A stretch of DNA of 52,253 nucleotides from Bacteriovoracaceae bacterium (lineage in GTDB: Bacteria > Bdellovibrionota > Bacteriovoracia > Bacteriovoracales > Bacteriovoracaceae): NCBI GenBank assembly GCA_021732585.1, contig JAKFUR010000038.1, positions 1 to 52,253 on the forward strand, given 5' to 3'. Of the stretch, positions 37,762 to 46,956 are shown piece after piece. The notes below the pieces were generated by a model, which saw only the letters and a list, made by a program, of their open reading frames with translations, did no database searches and had not been told where the DNA came from. Position numbers and translations under genes: made by a program. How positions within the stretch are numbered: position 1 is the stretch's first letter; the number at the start of each line of letters is the position of its first letter.

Positions 37762-38483
37762 CGAATAAAGTCCGCTACAAAGTCATTGGCCGGCTTCGAG
37801 CGAATCTCGCCCGGAGTTCCACTCTGAACCACATCACCTTTATTTAAAATCACAATTTGATCTGACATAGTGAAGGCTTCGATTTGATCGTGAGTCACGT
37901 AGATGCAGGTGATTTTAAATTGCTGCTGAATTTGACGAATATCTACTCGCATTTTTTCGCGCAACTTCGCGTCTAGATTCGACAGTGGTTCATCCAGCAA
38001 AAGAACTTTCGGTTGCGCCACCAGACCGCGGGCCAGGGCCACACGTTGCTGCTGACCACCTGAAAGCATATTCGGCATGCGCTTTTCAAGACCACTCAAT
38101 TCGACGACTTTAAGAATCGCAGCGACGCGATCATTCACTTCACTGACCGCGACCTTCGCGACCCGCAACGGGTAGGCGACATTTTCAAAGACATTCATAT
38201 GGGGCCAGACCGCATAGCTTTGAAACACCATGCCCACCTGACGTTTTTCAGGGGCCAAATTGATATTTTGAGCAGGGTCATTTACGACCGTATCACCGAT
38301 GAGGAGGCGGCCTTCCGAGTTGGTTTCAAGACCGGCCACCATACGAAGACAGGTGGTTTTGCCACAACCTGATGGGCCCAAAAAAGAAACGAAATCGCCG
38401 TCTTTGATTTTAAGATCAAAGTCCTTGATGACTCGTACATCGCCGTAGCTCTTACCAATATGTTCAAAACTGACGGTGCTCAT
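37758..38483 (-). CDS. ABC transporter ATP-binding protein (Fe3+/polyamine-importer type), short form without a C-terminal regulatory domain
   Basis: ATG at 38483 (ATGA overlap with the permease). Walker A GPSGCGKTT, signature LSGGQQQRVALAR, Walker B LLLDEP. It is only about 241 aa. Confidence 0.85.
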   Translation of the reverse strand: MSTVSFEHIGKSYGDVRVIKDFDLKIKDGDFVSFLGPSGCGKTTCLRMVAGLETNSEGRLLIGDTVVNDPAQNINLAPEKRQVGMVFQSYAVWPHMNVFENVAYPLRVAKVAVSEVNDRVAAILKVVELSGLEKRMPNMLSGGQQQRVALARGLVAQPKVLLLDEPLSNLDAKLREKMRVDIRQIQQQFKITCIYVTHDQIEAFTMSDQIVILNKGDVVQSGTPGEIRSKPANDFVADFIR

Positions 38484-40150
38484 AGGCCGTATTTCCCTTG
38501 AGAAAGAAGTTTCACTAATCCATTCACGCTGATCACACCTGCGATCGTGCAAAGGGACAGCACCGCTGCGCCTCCGCCACTGGCATCCGAGTAATCCTGC
38601 ATTTGAAAAATCAACGTGCCCAAGGTTTCAAGTCCTGGGCCCGTGAGAAGAATGGTCATTGTGAGCTCGGTCATCGCTGGCATGAACACCAAGAACCAAG
38701 AAGCCACCAGCGCGGGTTTCATGAGCGGAAACCAAATGGTGCGCAAAGTGGTGAACCAACCTGCACCCGCCACTCGAGCCGCTTCAGCGAGCACGTCATC
38801 GACTTGTCCCAGGCCATCACTCATGGTGCGCATGGCGAAGTTTAAATAGTGAGCGGTGTAGGCCAGGCCGATCAAAGCTAAAGTGTTATATAGCGAAATA
38901 GGGAAGCCCAAAAATGACTGTGAGAACGTGAGAATCAAAGCAAACGCCAACACTGTGCCAGGAGTCGCGTAAGGAACGGCCGCGATAATTTCCAAGGCAC
39001 CTCGGCCTTTCATTTTGGTTTTCACGCGCAAGTAGGCGAGTAGCATGCCAAGAATCATGGTGGCGGTAGCAGCTCCCACGGCCAACTTGAATGAATTCAT
39101 AATCGCGCGAGGAGTCTCTTGGGTTTCAAAGAACACCCGACGGAAGTGCTGAAGCCCTAACTCACTCCAAGCGATTTTTCCTTGATAGGGAGAAAGCGCG
39201 CTGAGAGTGATGCTTGCCACGGGGAGCACGAAAAGTACGACGAACATGAAAACCACGAAGACAATGGCCCAAGGTTTTGCACGACCGAGATTCACGCGGC
39301 TCACACGTGATGATTTACCACCAATGGTACGCATGGCCTGGGTTGAGAAGTACTGATTCAGCAATAATCCCATAACGCCCATGATGAGTAAGAGCACTGA
39401 AAGCGCTCCGGCCAGATAGAGTCCGGAGAAGGAGCCTGTTTGTTGGAACGTATAAATCTTGGTGGTGACCACAAAGATGCGGGCCGGGCCGCCAATCAAA
39501 GCGGGAATACCGAATGAGGCCGCAGAAGCGAGAAAGACGAGCAGTATGCCCGACATCATGGCCGGTTTCACGATCGGCAATGTGATTTGAAAAAAGACTC
39601 GCAAAGGACTGGCCCCTGACAAACGAGCCGCTTCTTCAAGAGACGGGTCCGTGCGATCCATCGCCGTGAGCATTGATAAAAGCACAAACGTGTAAAAGAA
39701 AGACGACATAACCCACACCAATCCACCGTGGGTGTAGATGTTCAAAACTCCTTCGCCGTAGAGACCATTCAGATAGCCGTTAGTAGGGTTGGCGAGGGCC
39801 ACCCAAGCAATGGCTCCGATGTAGGGAGGAATCGCATAAGGAAGAAGAAAGAGTGTGCGCCAGCGACTTTGGCCAGGCAGATCAGAGCGCGATAAAAGCC
39901 ACGCCAGAGGAACGGCGATCAGCACAGAACCCAGCGCTGTAAGAGCGGAAATAAGTAAAGTGTTCTTTACAGCCACGAAAGTCGACTTCTTCGCCAGAAT
40001 TCCCATGAAGTATTTAAGCGAGAAAGAACCATCCGGCGGTGGGAATGCAATTTTGTGAACCAGCACGCTGTAGGGATAGAGGCACAAAATCAAAACGATG
40101 ATTAAAACGATACCGAGAATAAATAGCGGAGAGGTGAAAAGCTTTTTCAT
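38480..40150 (-). CDS. ABC importer permease, fused two-domain (FbpB/ThiP-like)
   Basis: About 12 transmembrane segments with two EAA-like loops (EEAARLSGASPLRVFFQITLP; AEAARVAGAGWFTTLRTIWFP). Confidence 0.8.
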   Translation of the reverse strand: MKKLFTSPLFILGIVLIIVLILCLYPYSVLVHKIAFPPPDGSFSLKYFMGILAKKSTFVAVKNTLLISALTALGSVLIAVPLAWLLSRSDLPGQSRWRTLFLLPYAIPPYIGAIAWVALANPTNGYLNGLYGEGVLNIYTHGGLVWVMSSFFYTFVLLSMLTAMDRTDPSLEEAARLSGASPLRVFFQITLPIVKPAMMSGILLVFLASAASFGIPALIGGPARIFVVTTKIYTFQQTGSFSGLYLAGALSVLLLIMGVMGLLLNQYFSTQAMRTIGGKSSRVSRVNLGRAKPWAIVFVVFMFVVLFVLPVASITLSALSPYQGKIAWSELGLQHFRRVFFETQETPRAIMNSFKLAVGAATATMILGMLLAYLRVKTKMKGRGALEIIAAVPYATPGTVLAFALILTFSQSFLGFPISLYNTLALIGLAYTAHYLNFAMRTMSDGLGQVDDVLAEAARVAGAGWFTTLRTIWFPLMKPALVASWFLVFMPAMTELTMTILLTGPGLETLGTLIFQMQDYSDASGGGAAVLSLCTIAGVISVNGLVKLLSQGKYGL

Positions 40151-41127
40151 TGGAACATAATCTCAGTGTATTCATCTTTAATATCAATTCTGTTCTCAGT
40201 GACATCATTGATGAAGTCCGCACTCCAGGGAAACGCTTTCAGTGATTTTAATTCTGGCGCGCCTTTAGGACTTGGATGGCCTTCCACCGGCGCATACATA
40301 TATGAGCGCAGCATCGCTTGTTGGCCGGCATCAGAGAGCATCCAGTCAGCGACTTTTTTCGCAAGAGCGCGATCCAGGGGGCGTTTGGCGATGCCCATAA
40401 CATTGGCATGAGTCACCACGCCGTCGGTTGGATAAATAATGCCTAAGCGGTCGTCTTTGCCTTGTAAGCGTAACAGATCTTCTAACAACACCCAACCCAC
40501 CGGGCGCTCGAGGGTTTGTACCCTGCGAATCACCGCTGAGTTACCACCTTGGGAGATCACTCCGTTGTCTTTGAGAGCTTTGAAGTACTCCCAGCCATAG
40601 TATTTTTTTAGCATGGCCATGGTGGTGAAGTTCGTTCCCGAGGAGAGCGGTGAGCCGGTGGTGAATTTACCTTTCCATTTGGACTCAACCATTTCTTTGT
40701 AAGATGTCGGTGGATTCGGCACGGCTTCTTTGTTGTAAGTCATGACCATAACGGGAATGGAAACTGCCGTATAAAAACCACCGGTATGTTTAAGGTGGTC
40801 AGGAACCTTATCCCAGTTCTGCGGGCGGTAGGCCTCGAGCATATTGGAGCGCGCCAGTTCTTCGTACCAAAAACGATCGGAAGAAATCATCAGATCAGCT
40901 CGAATGCCTCCGGCCATGATTTCGCCGTTAGCGCGTGCCGCGATCTCTTCACTGCCGGCCTGATACCAATGAATGGTCACGCCAGGAAAGGCTTTACCTA
41001 ATTCAACCGTGAGATCAGCGATCGTGTCTTTGTACATGGAGGTATAGATCCACAATTCTTTTTGTGGGTCTTGCGCCTTCTGACAAGAAGCCAAAAGAAG
41101 TGTGAGCGTAAGAATTTTCCAGATCAT
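40147..41127 (-). CDS. ABC importer periplasmic substrate-binding lipoprotein (Fe3+-type family 1)
   Basis: ATG at 41127 gives the lipobox LLLASC. Pattern typical of iron/thiamine/AEP binding proteins. Confidence 0.7.
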   Translation of the reverse strand: MIWKILTLTLLLASCQKAQDPQKELWIYTSMYKDTIADLTVELGKAFPGVTIHWYQAGSEEIAARANGEIMAGGIRADLMISSDRFWYEELARSNMLEAYRPQNWDKVPDHLKHTGGFYTAVSIPVMVMTYNKEAVPNPPTSYKEMVESKWKGKFTTGSPLSSGTNFTTMAMLKKYYGWEYFKALKDNGVISQGGNSAVIRRVQTLERPVGWVLLEDLLRLQGKDDRLGIIYPTDGVVTHANVMGIAKRPLDRALAKKVADWMLSDAGQQAMLRSYMYAPVEGHPSPKGAPELKSLKAFPWSADFINDVTENRIDIKDEYTEIMFQ

Positions 41128-41169
41128 GGAAAAAGTGTAGAGGCCGGGGCAGATCAAGACAAGAAAAGT

Positions 41170-41379
41170 TTAGGGACGCTGCTCGATAGTGGTGATGCGA
41201 TAGCCGTCATTCTCAATGGCCCGGCGAATTTTCTCTAGCGGAGCCTTAGATTCGATATGAACGAGCTTATCCGTGAGTTTGACCTCAACTCGCGCTTTAG
41301 CGTCTTGCGCCATAATAGCCGCCGTCACGTGTCTGACACAATTCTGACATGACATACCCTCGACACCTAAAACAAACAT
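41170..41379 (-). CDS. copZ: Copper chaperone (HMA domain)
   Basis: 69 aa with the GMSCQNC metal-binding motif. RBS GGGAGA. Confidence 0.85.
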   Translation of the reverse strand: MFVLGVEGMSCQNCVRHVTAAIMAQDAKARVEVKLTDKLVHIESKAPLEKIRRAIENDGYRITTIEQRP

Positions 41380-41389
41380 AAATTCTCCC

Positions 41390-41420
41390 TAGACCTTGCC
41401 ACGATGGGAAGGTTTATACT
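41390..41420 (+). promoter_or_regulatory. MerR/CueR-type promoter of copA: -35 TAGACC, 19-bp spacer with dyad ACCTTGCC-ACGAT-GGGAAGGT, -10 TATACT
   Basis: The architecture matches E. coli PcopA as I recall it (TTGACCTTCC...GGAAGGTTTAAC). The 19-bp spacer is the MerR-family hallmark, and cueR is encoded just after copA. Confidence 0.7.
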
Positions 41421-41427
41421 GTGGGGT

Positions 41428-43503
41428 ATGAACACTTCCTACAAAATTTCTGGAATGACCTGTGCCTCTTGTGTGGCCCGTGTAGAGCGGGCCCTGAAAG
41501 CCGTTGAAGGCGTTCAAGATGCACAGGTCAATTTAGCCACAGAGATCGCCAAAGTCGAGTGGCTTAAAAAATCAAACGATGCTCAAGTTCTAAAAGCCAT
41601 GGACAAAGCAGGTTATCAGGCCCAAGTAGCAGCGGGTGCGATGAAGACACCACCACCGCGGCTCTGGCCTGTGCTCTTAAGCCTCGCTCTTTCCTTGCCC
41701 TTAGTATTACCGATGTTATTAGGCCATTCCTTTATGCTGCCGGCCTTTTGGCAGTGGATTCTCGCGACCCCGGTGCAGTTTTACTTGGGCGCGCGTTTTT
41801 ATCGTTCGGGTTTTAAGGCGGCCATCAATCTTGCCGGCAATATGGATCTGCTGGTTTCAATCGGAACAAGTGCGGCCTACGGGCTAAGTCTGTATTTGTG
41901 GTGGCGCCACGGGGCCCATGCAGAACTCTACTTTGAAAGTAGTGCCGTCATTATCACGTTTGTGTTGCTCGGAAAGTATCTGGAGCAAAAGGCGAAACAA
42001 AAAACCACTGATGCCATTCGCTCTCTGGAAAAACTGCGTCCTTCAAAGGCGCGGGTTTTTCAAGATGGTGAATGGAGAGATATCTCCCTCGAACAAGTTC
42101 GAGTCAGTGATAGGGTTCGTGTGCTCCCTGGAGAAATCATTCCAGTTGATGGTGTGATTTCTGAAGGCCAGACGCGCGTGGATGAATCGCTCATTACCGG
42201 CGAATCCCGTCTTATCGCACGCGGACCAGGAGAAGTGGTCACGGGTGGCTCAGTGAATGCAGATGGGGTGATTGTGATCAGCACAAGAGCTGTTGGTGCC
42301 GAAACAACGTTGGCCCGAGTGATTCGCTTGGTGGAAGACGCGCAAGGCGAGAAGGCCCCCATTCAACGGATCGCCGACAGAGTAAGTGGGATTTTTGTTC
42401 CCGTAGTGTTTGTGATTGCGATGGTGACACTACTTGGCTGGGGGCTATTAGACGGAGATTGGGAAATCGCTCTCCTCCATGCGGCCAGTGTCCTGGTGAT
42501 TGCCTGTCCTTGCGCTCTTGGTTTAGCGACTCCTGCCGCATTGATGGTGGGAACAGGCCTTGCAGCGAAGCGAGGCATTCTGATCAAAAATGCAGAGGCG
42601 CTAGAGATTGCGCACAATCTAAAAGTGGTTGCGTTCGATAAGACCGGCACTCTGACCTTAGGTCACCCTATGATAAATGAAGCCAAGATCAACGGTGATG
42701 AAAAAGAAGTGTGGTCACTCCTGCGTGGGCTGCAAGAAGGCACCACTCATCCGCTCGCAAAAGCGGTGGTGAAGAGAGCTCAAGAGCTGGGTCACGAAGC
42801 CGCTTTGCTTGAAAACATCAAAGTTCTGCCGGGACTTGGAATTGAGGGCACGTACGATGGAAAAAAACTTCTCTTAGGAAGTGCTCGTCTGATGCCCATA
42901 AAGCTTGCCGGCGGTGCGAGTTATCTTTTAATTGATGGCAAACTTGCGGCGACACTGACATTTGTGGATGAGATTCGTCCGGAAGCAGTTCAGGCCATCG
43001 ATGAACTGAAGGCGATGGGGATTCGCACCATGATGCTGTCGGGTGACGGACAGGCCGTGGCCGAAGCCGTCGCCACAAAAATTGGCATTCAAGATGTGCG
43101 CGCCGGTATTCTTCCCGGAGAAAAGGCTAGCGAGATTCAACGACTGCGCGGCTTGAAGATAACCATCGCCATGGTGGGTGATGGCATCAACGACGCTCCT
43201 GCACTCGCGGCGGCCGATGTGGGGATTGCCATGGGTAGCGGCACAGATGTCGCCATGGAGTCGGCGGGTATCACACTCATGCGCGAAGATCTGCGGCTCA
43301 TTCCAGAAGCAATTTATATTTCTCGTCGGACTTATCGAAAAATTCGGCAGAATCTGTTCTGGGCCTTTGCCTTTAACGTCATTGGCATTCCTCTGGCCGC
43401 TATAGGCGAACTCAGTCCAATGGTGGCGGGAGCAGCGATGGCACTGAGTAGCGTTTCGGTGATTAGTAATGCCTTACTCTTGCGAGTCGGGAGAAAAGCA
43501 TGA
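41428..43503 (+). CDS. copA: Copper-translocating P1B-type ATPase
   Basis: N-terminal HMA GMTCASC, CPC motif (IACPCALGLATP), DKTGTLT, and GDGINDAP. The start at 41428 is preferred because 41404 lies inside the promoter spacer. Confidence 0.95.
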   Translation: MNTSYKISGMTCASCVARVERALKAVEGVQDAQVNLATEIAKVEWLKKSNDAQVLKAMDKAGYQAQVAAGAMKTPPPRLWPVLLSLALSLPLVLPMLLGHSFMLPAFWQWILATPVQFYLGARFYRSGFKAAINLAGNMDLLVSIGTSAAYGLSLYLWWRHGAHAELYFESSAVIITFVLLGKYLEQKAKQKTTDAIRSLEKLRPSKARVFQDGEWRDISLEQVRVSDRVRVLPGEIIPVDGVISEGQTRVDESLITGESRLIARGPGEVVTGGSVNADGVIVISTRAVGAETTLARVIRLVEDAQGEKAPIQRIADRVSGIFVPVVFVIAMVTLLGWGLLDGDWEIALLHAASVLVIACPCALGLATPAALMVGTGLAAKRGILIKNAEALEIAHNLKVVAFDKTGTLTLGHPMINEAKINGDEKEVWSLLRGLQEGTTHPLAKAVVKRAQELGHEAALLENIKVLPGLGIEGTYDGKKLLLGSARLMPIKLAGGASYLLIDGKLAATLTFVDEIRPEAVQAIDELKAMGIRTMMLSGDGQAVAEAVATKIGIQDVRAGILPGEKASEIQRLRGLKITIAMVGDGINDAPALAAADVGIAMGSGTDVAMESAGITLMREDLRLIPEAIYISRRTYRKIRQNLFWAFAFNVIGIPLAAIGELSPMVAGAAMALSSVSVISNALLLRVGRKA

Positions 43504-43886
43504 ATATCGGTGAAGTCGCCAAGGCCAGTGGCGTGAGTGCCAAGATGGTACGCCACTATGAAGAGATTGGAGTCATTCCTAAGAGTTCGCGAACTTTGTC
43601 AGGTTATCGGCAATACGGAGAGACAGATATTCATCTTTTGAGATTTATACGTCAGGCGCGCGAGTTGGGGTTCTCCATGTCAGAAGTAAAAATGCTCGTG
43701 GGATTGTGGCGTAATAAGCGTCGCAAGAGTGGGGAAGTTAAAAAACTGGCGCTGGAGCATGTGGAAAGGTTGGAAAGAAAAATTCAGCAGCTAAGTGGAA
43801 TGGCGAAAACGTTAAAGCATCTCGCTCATTGTTGTCATGGAGACGACCGGCCAGATTGCCCTATCCTAGAAGCGATTCAGGGCTAG
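43500..43886 (+). CDS. cueR: Cu(I)-responsive MerR-family regulator
   Basis: MerR helix-turn-helix (IGEVAKASGVSAKMVRHYEEIGV) and a C-terminal metal loop with a Cys pair (CCHGDDRPDCP). ATGA overlap with copA. Confidence 0.85.
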   Translation: MNIGEVAKASGVSAKMVRHYEEIGVIPKSSRTLSGYRQYGETDIHLLRFIRQARELGFSMSEVKMLVGLWRNKRRKSGEVKKLALEHVERLERKIQQLSGMAKTLKHLAHCCHGDDRPDCPILEAIQG

Positions 43887-46126
43887 GCGCGTGGCGCTTT
43901 TTTGAGAATAGAGATTTTGCTGCGATCACCTACGATCCACATCACATCTCCCTCTCTAAGGATCATGGATGAGTCGGGACTCAGCACCCGCTGGCCATCA
44001 CGCTCAAGACCTACAATAAGGCCTTGCACATCATCACGCAGACCACACTCACGAATGGACTTATTCACATACTGAGAAAGTGGGTTGAGTAGCAATGATT
44101 CCAAACCAAAGGCATCGGGGGTTAACGGTTCATGGATGACATCGGTGGCTTCGATCAATTTGCGAGCGTTCACTAACTGTTCTTCTTCACCAATCAAATG
44201 AAGCCGGTCAAAAGGCAGCAGGAGATCATCTCGCCCCGGGGCTAAGATTCTTTTTTCTCCACGCTGAATCATCGCGAGAGTGACGCCAAACTTTTCTTTC
44301 AACATTGATTCATGCAGCGGCTTCGCCACGATACTGGATGAAGGTGAGACAATAAATTCAGCAAGAGTGGCCTGCCATGGGGCCAGCTCAGGACTAGAAC
44401 TTCTTTTAGAAAGCTCTTCGATATCTTTTTCATTTAGATTTTTAATAAAACGCACTTCGATGGAGCGATAAAACGGTTCGGCGAACTTATTAAAGAAAAC
44501 ACCCACGGTGAGAAGGACAATAAAAATAATTCCGGAGGTGGTTTGCAGAGGAGCAAAGTGGCCTACCACAAAACTGATCAGCAGCATGCCGATGATCAGG
44601 CGGAGTGGGAAAAGACCAAACTGCAAACGACGCAATTGATTGACGGTATTGGGATCATAGTTTTGCAAGTGAGCAGGAGCTCCCACAACCACGGCCCATA
44701 AAAAAGGCGCACAGAGAAGCAAGGTCACGGCCCCACCCATGAACGTGAGCCATGGACCACTGAAGGCAAGTTGGGTAAACAGCCAAGGATAAACCAAGCG
44801 TGTCATCGTGAGCGTGATGCCGATAATCACCACTGAGTTCAGGATGATTTTCATGCTGTACTCTTCCCACAAGAGCTTCAGTATGTTCTGACCCGAGGTT
44901 TGCGATACCGTGCGCTGGTAGCGATTCACCCGCGCCAAAAGCTGCGCAGACATGCGACGTTCAATCCAAGCGTAAATCACGCCGGAATATTTAATTTGGT
45001 AAGGAGTCGAGAAAGTTGTGATCGCTGAGACGGCCACGGCGATCGGATAGAGAAAGTCACTGATCACGCCAAGGGACATGCCCAAGGTCGCGATGATGAA
45101 ACTGAATTCACCAATTTGAGCGAGAGAGAGGCCGGCCTGAACGGATGTTTTGAGACTTTGACCAGATACGAGAGCGCCCACTGCCGAGCTAAAGAATTTT
45201 CCAAAAATAGTCACAAATGTCAGCAGCATGATCACGCCGAAATGCTCCCACAAGATGTTGGGATCGATGAGCATGCCGACAGAAACGAAGAAGACCGCAG
45301 CAAAGAGATCACGCACGGGAATAAGTAGTTTTTCAATGCGGTGACCTTCACGGGTTTCGGCCAAAAGTGATCCCATCACGAAGGCGCCCAGGGCCGGAGA
45401 GAAGCCGACTTTTGTGGCCACCATCACCATCATCAGACAAAGACCGATGGAGATGATGAGGGCGGTTTCATCCGTTAAGAGTGTTTTTATTTTGCCCATG
45501 ATCATCGGCAAAACGTAAATTCCTACGAGGAACCACAGCGCCAAAAAGAATGCGAGTCTAACGGATGAAGTGAAGAGCTCCGGTCCGGAGAAGCTTGCGG
45601 TGGCACCGATAGTAGATAAAAGCACAAGCAGAAGGATTGCCACCAAGTCTTCCACGATTAACACGCCAAAGACCATGTTCACAAAGCTGCGGCCCTTGAG
45701 GCCGAGTTCTTCAAAGGCTCGCACAATAATGGTGGTTGATGAGATCGAGAGAATGCCACCCAAGAATAAGCTGTCCATATTCGACCAGCCAATAGCTCGG
45801 CCGGTGAGATAACCCGCAGCTAGCATGAAGACGACTTCAAAGAGTGCGATGATGGAGGCACTGCCTCCGACCTTCGCAAGCTTCTTAAAGCTGAATTCTA
45901 ATCCAAGGGAGAAGAGCAGGAAGATCACACCGATTTCGGCCCAAACCGTCACTCCGTCGGTGTCTGAAACAGTGTGAACAAACGGGAAGTGAGGGCCAAC
46001 TAAAAAACCGGCGATCAAATAACCGAGCACGACCGGTTGACGCAGTGATTTGCAAAGCAGTGTCACCACCGCAGCCGTCATAAGAATGTAGCCTAAATCT
46101 TGGATGAGTTCGGGGAGATGAGTCAC
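43883..46126 (-). CDS. CPA2-family monovalent cation:proton antiporter with C-terminal RCK_C/TrkA_C domains
   Basis: N-terminal Kef/YbaL-like transmembrane domain (PVVLGYLIAGFLVGP; GLEFS) followed by cytoplasmic tandem TrkA_C-like repeats. GTG start. Confidence 0.8.
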   Translation of the reverse strand: MTHLPELIQDLGYILMTAAVVTLLCKSLRQPVVLGYLIAGFLVGPHFPFVHTVSDTDGVTVWAEIGVIFLLFSLGLEFSFKKLAKVGGSASIIALFEVVFMLAAGYLTGRAIGWSNMDSLFLGGILSISSTTIIVRAFEELGLKGRSFVNMVFGVLIVEDLVAILLLVLLSTIGATASFSGPELFTSSVRLAFFLALWFLVGIYVLPMIMGKIKTLLTDETALIISIGLCLMMVMVATKVGFSPALGAFVMGSLLAETREGHRIEKLLIPVRDLFAAVFFVSVGMLIDPNILWEHFGVIMLLTFVTIFGKFFSSAVGALVSGQSLKTSVQAGLSLAQIGEFSFIIATLGMSLGVISDFLYPIAVAVSAITTFSTPYQIKYSGVIYAWIERRMSAQLLARVNRYQRTVSQTSGQNILKLLWEEYSMKIILNSVVIIGITLTMTRLVYPWLFTQLAFSGPWLTFMGGAVTLLLCAPFLWAVVVGAPAHLQNYDPNTVNQLRRLQFGLFPLRLIIGMLLISFVVGHFAPLQTTSGIIFIVLLTVGVFFNKFAEPFYRSIEVRFIKNLNEKDIEELSKRSSSPELAPWQATLAEFIVSPSSSIVAKPLHESMLKEKFGVTLAMIQRGEKRILAPGRDDLLLPFDRLHLIGEEEQLVNARKLIEATDVIHEPLTPDAFGLESLLLNPLSQYVNKSIRECGLRDDVQGLIVGLERDGQRVLSPDSSMILREGDVMWIVGDRSKISILKKAPRA

Positions 46127-46166
46127 AAGTTATCTTAGGCCATCAACCCAGTTTTAACAATGAAAA

Positions 46167-46859
46167 CTAAGGGGTTACGATGAGTGGATATTGATTAATC
46201 AGTGCGCACTGATCAGTTGTGAGACTGCCCGTTTTGCTATTGCGACCATCCATCGCCGACATCAAATTGCCATAGACCTCGATGTGGCCTACATCACCCA
46301 TCAAATGTACGAGTTCATGAGCGAATGTATCGTAAGTGGCATTCGCCCCCGGAACTCGACGGTAGTCCATGTGATGTTCGGTGATGTGAAAAGTCTCGCA
46401 TAGCGGTGTCGCGTCCACAGTATGGCTCGAAAGGCGACGAACGCTGGTGCGGTTGTAGGCGCTGGCCGTGCTCGGAACACTGTTAAGTCCGTAAAGGAAG
46501 CCGAGAGTTTTCAGTACAGGCGTCTGCACAGTTCTCATCAAAATGAGTTCATTCGGGCCGTCGTAAGGGCTGGCGTTTTCCATCTCAAGAAGAGTCTTCG
46601 GATTCCACACCACGGTTTGAATGTTCACTTCACCAATCACAACGCCACACTGGCGAAGAATGCGTGAGGTCTTATCGAGTTGAGTTTTGAGATTGGTCGC
46701 CTGACTCCACTTAGAGCCGGATTCGATGAGCAAATCCAGTGGTAGATGGCGGATACCGGCTTCACGGGCCGGGGCTGAGATGACTCTTTCGCCTACTACC
46801 TGCCAGTTAGCTGTGTCTTGGGCTTGGGCGAGGCTAAGGACGAAGAGTAAAATCATCAT
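46167..46859 (-). CDS. Secreted putative zinc metalloprotease (HExxH)
   Basis: ATG at 46859 gives the signal peptide MMILLFVLSLAQA. The motif FAHELVHLMGDVGH is metzincin-like, but the third His is one residue further out than the canonical HExxHxxGxxH. Confidence 0.45.
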   Translation of the reverse strand: MMILLFVLSLAQAQDTANWQVVGERVISAPAREAGIRHLPLDLLIESGSKWSQATNLKTQLDKTSRILRQCGVVIGEVNIQTVVWNPKTLLEMENASPYDGPNELILMRTVQTPVLKTLGFLYGLNSVPSTASAYNRTSVRRLSSHTVDATPLCETFHITEHHMDYRRVPGANATYDTFAHELVHLMGDVGHIEVYGNLMSAMDGRNSKTGSLTTDQCALINQYPLIVTP

Positions 46860-46956
46860 GGGGGGAGTATGGCGCGTAAAAATGCGTTGCGCAATCGAGT
46901 GAGAAAAGATTATCTTCCGGCCACTTATCGTAACCCCCAGTTTTTTGGAGTTTTCC

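Noticed and set aside
41404-41427. The ATG at 41404 as the copA start codon.
   Set aside because: It lies within the 19-bp spacer and -10 region of the CueR-type promoter. It would also add 8 non-conserved residues ahead of a normal HMA-domain N-terminus.
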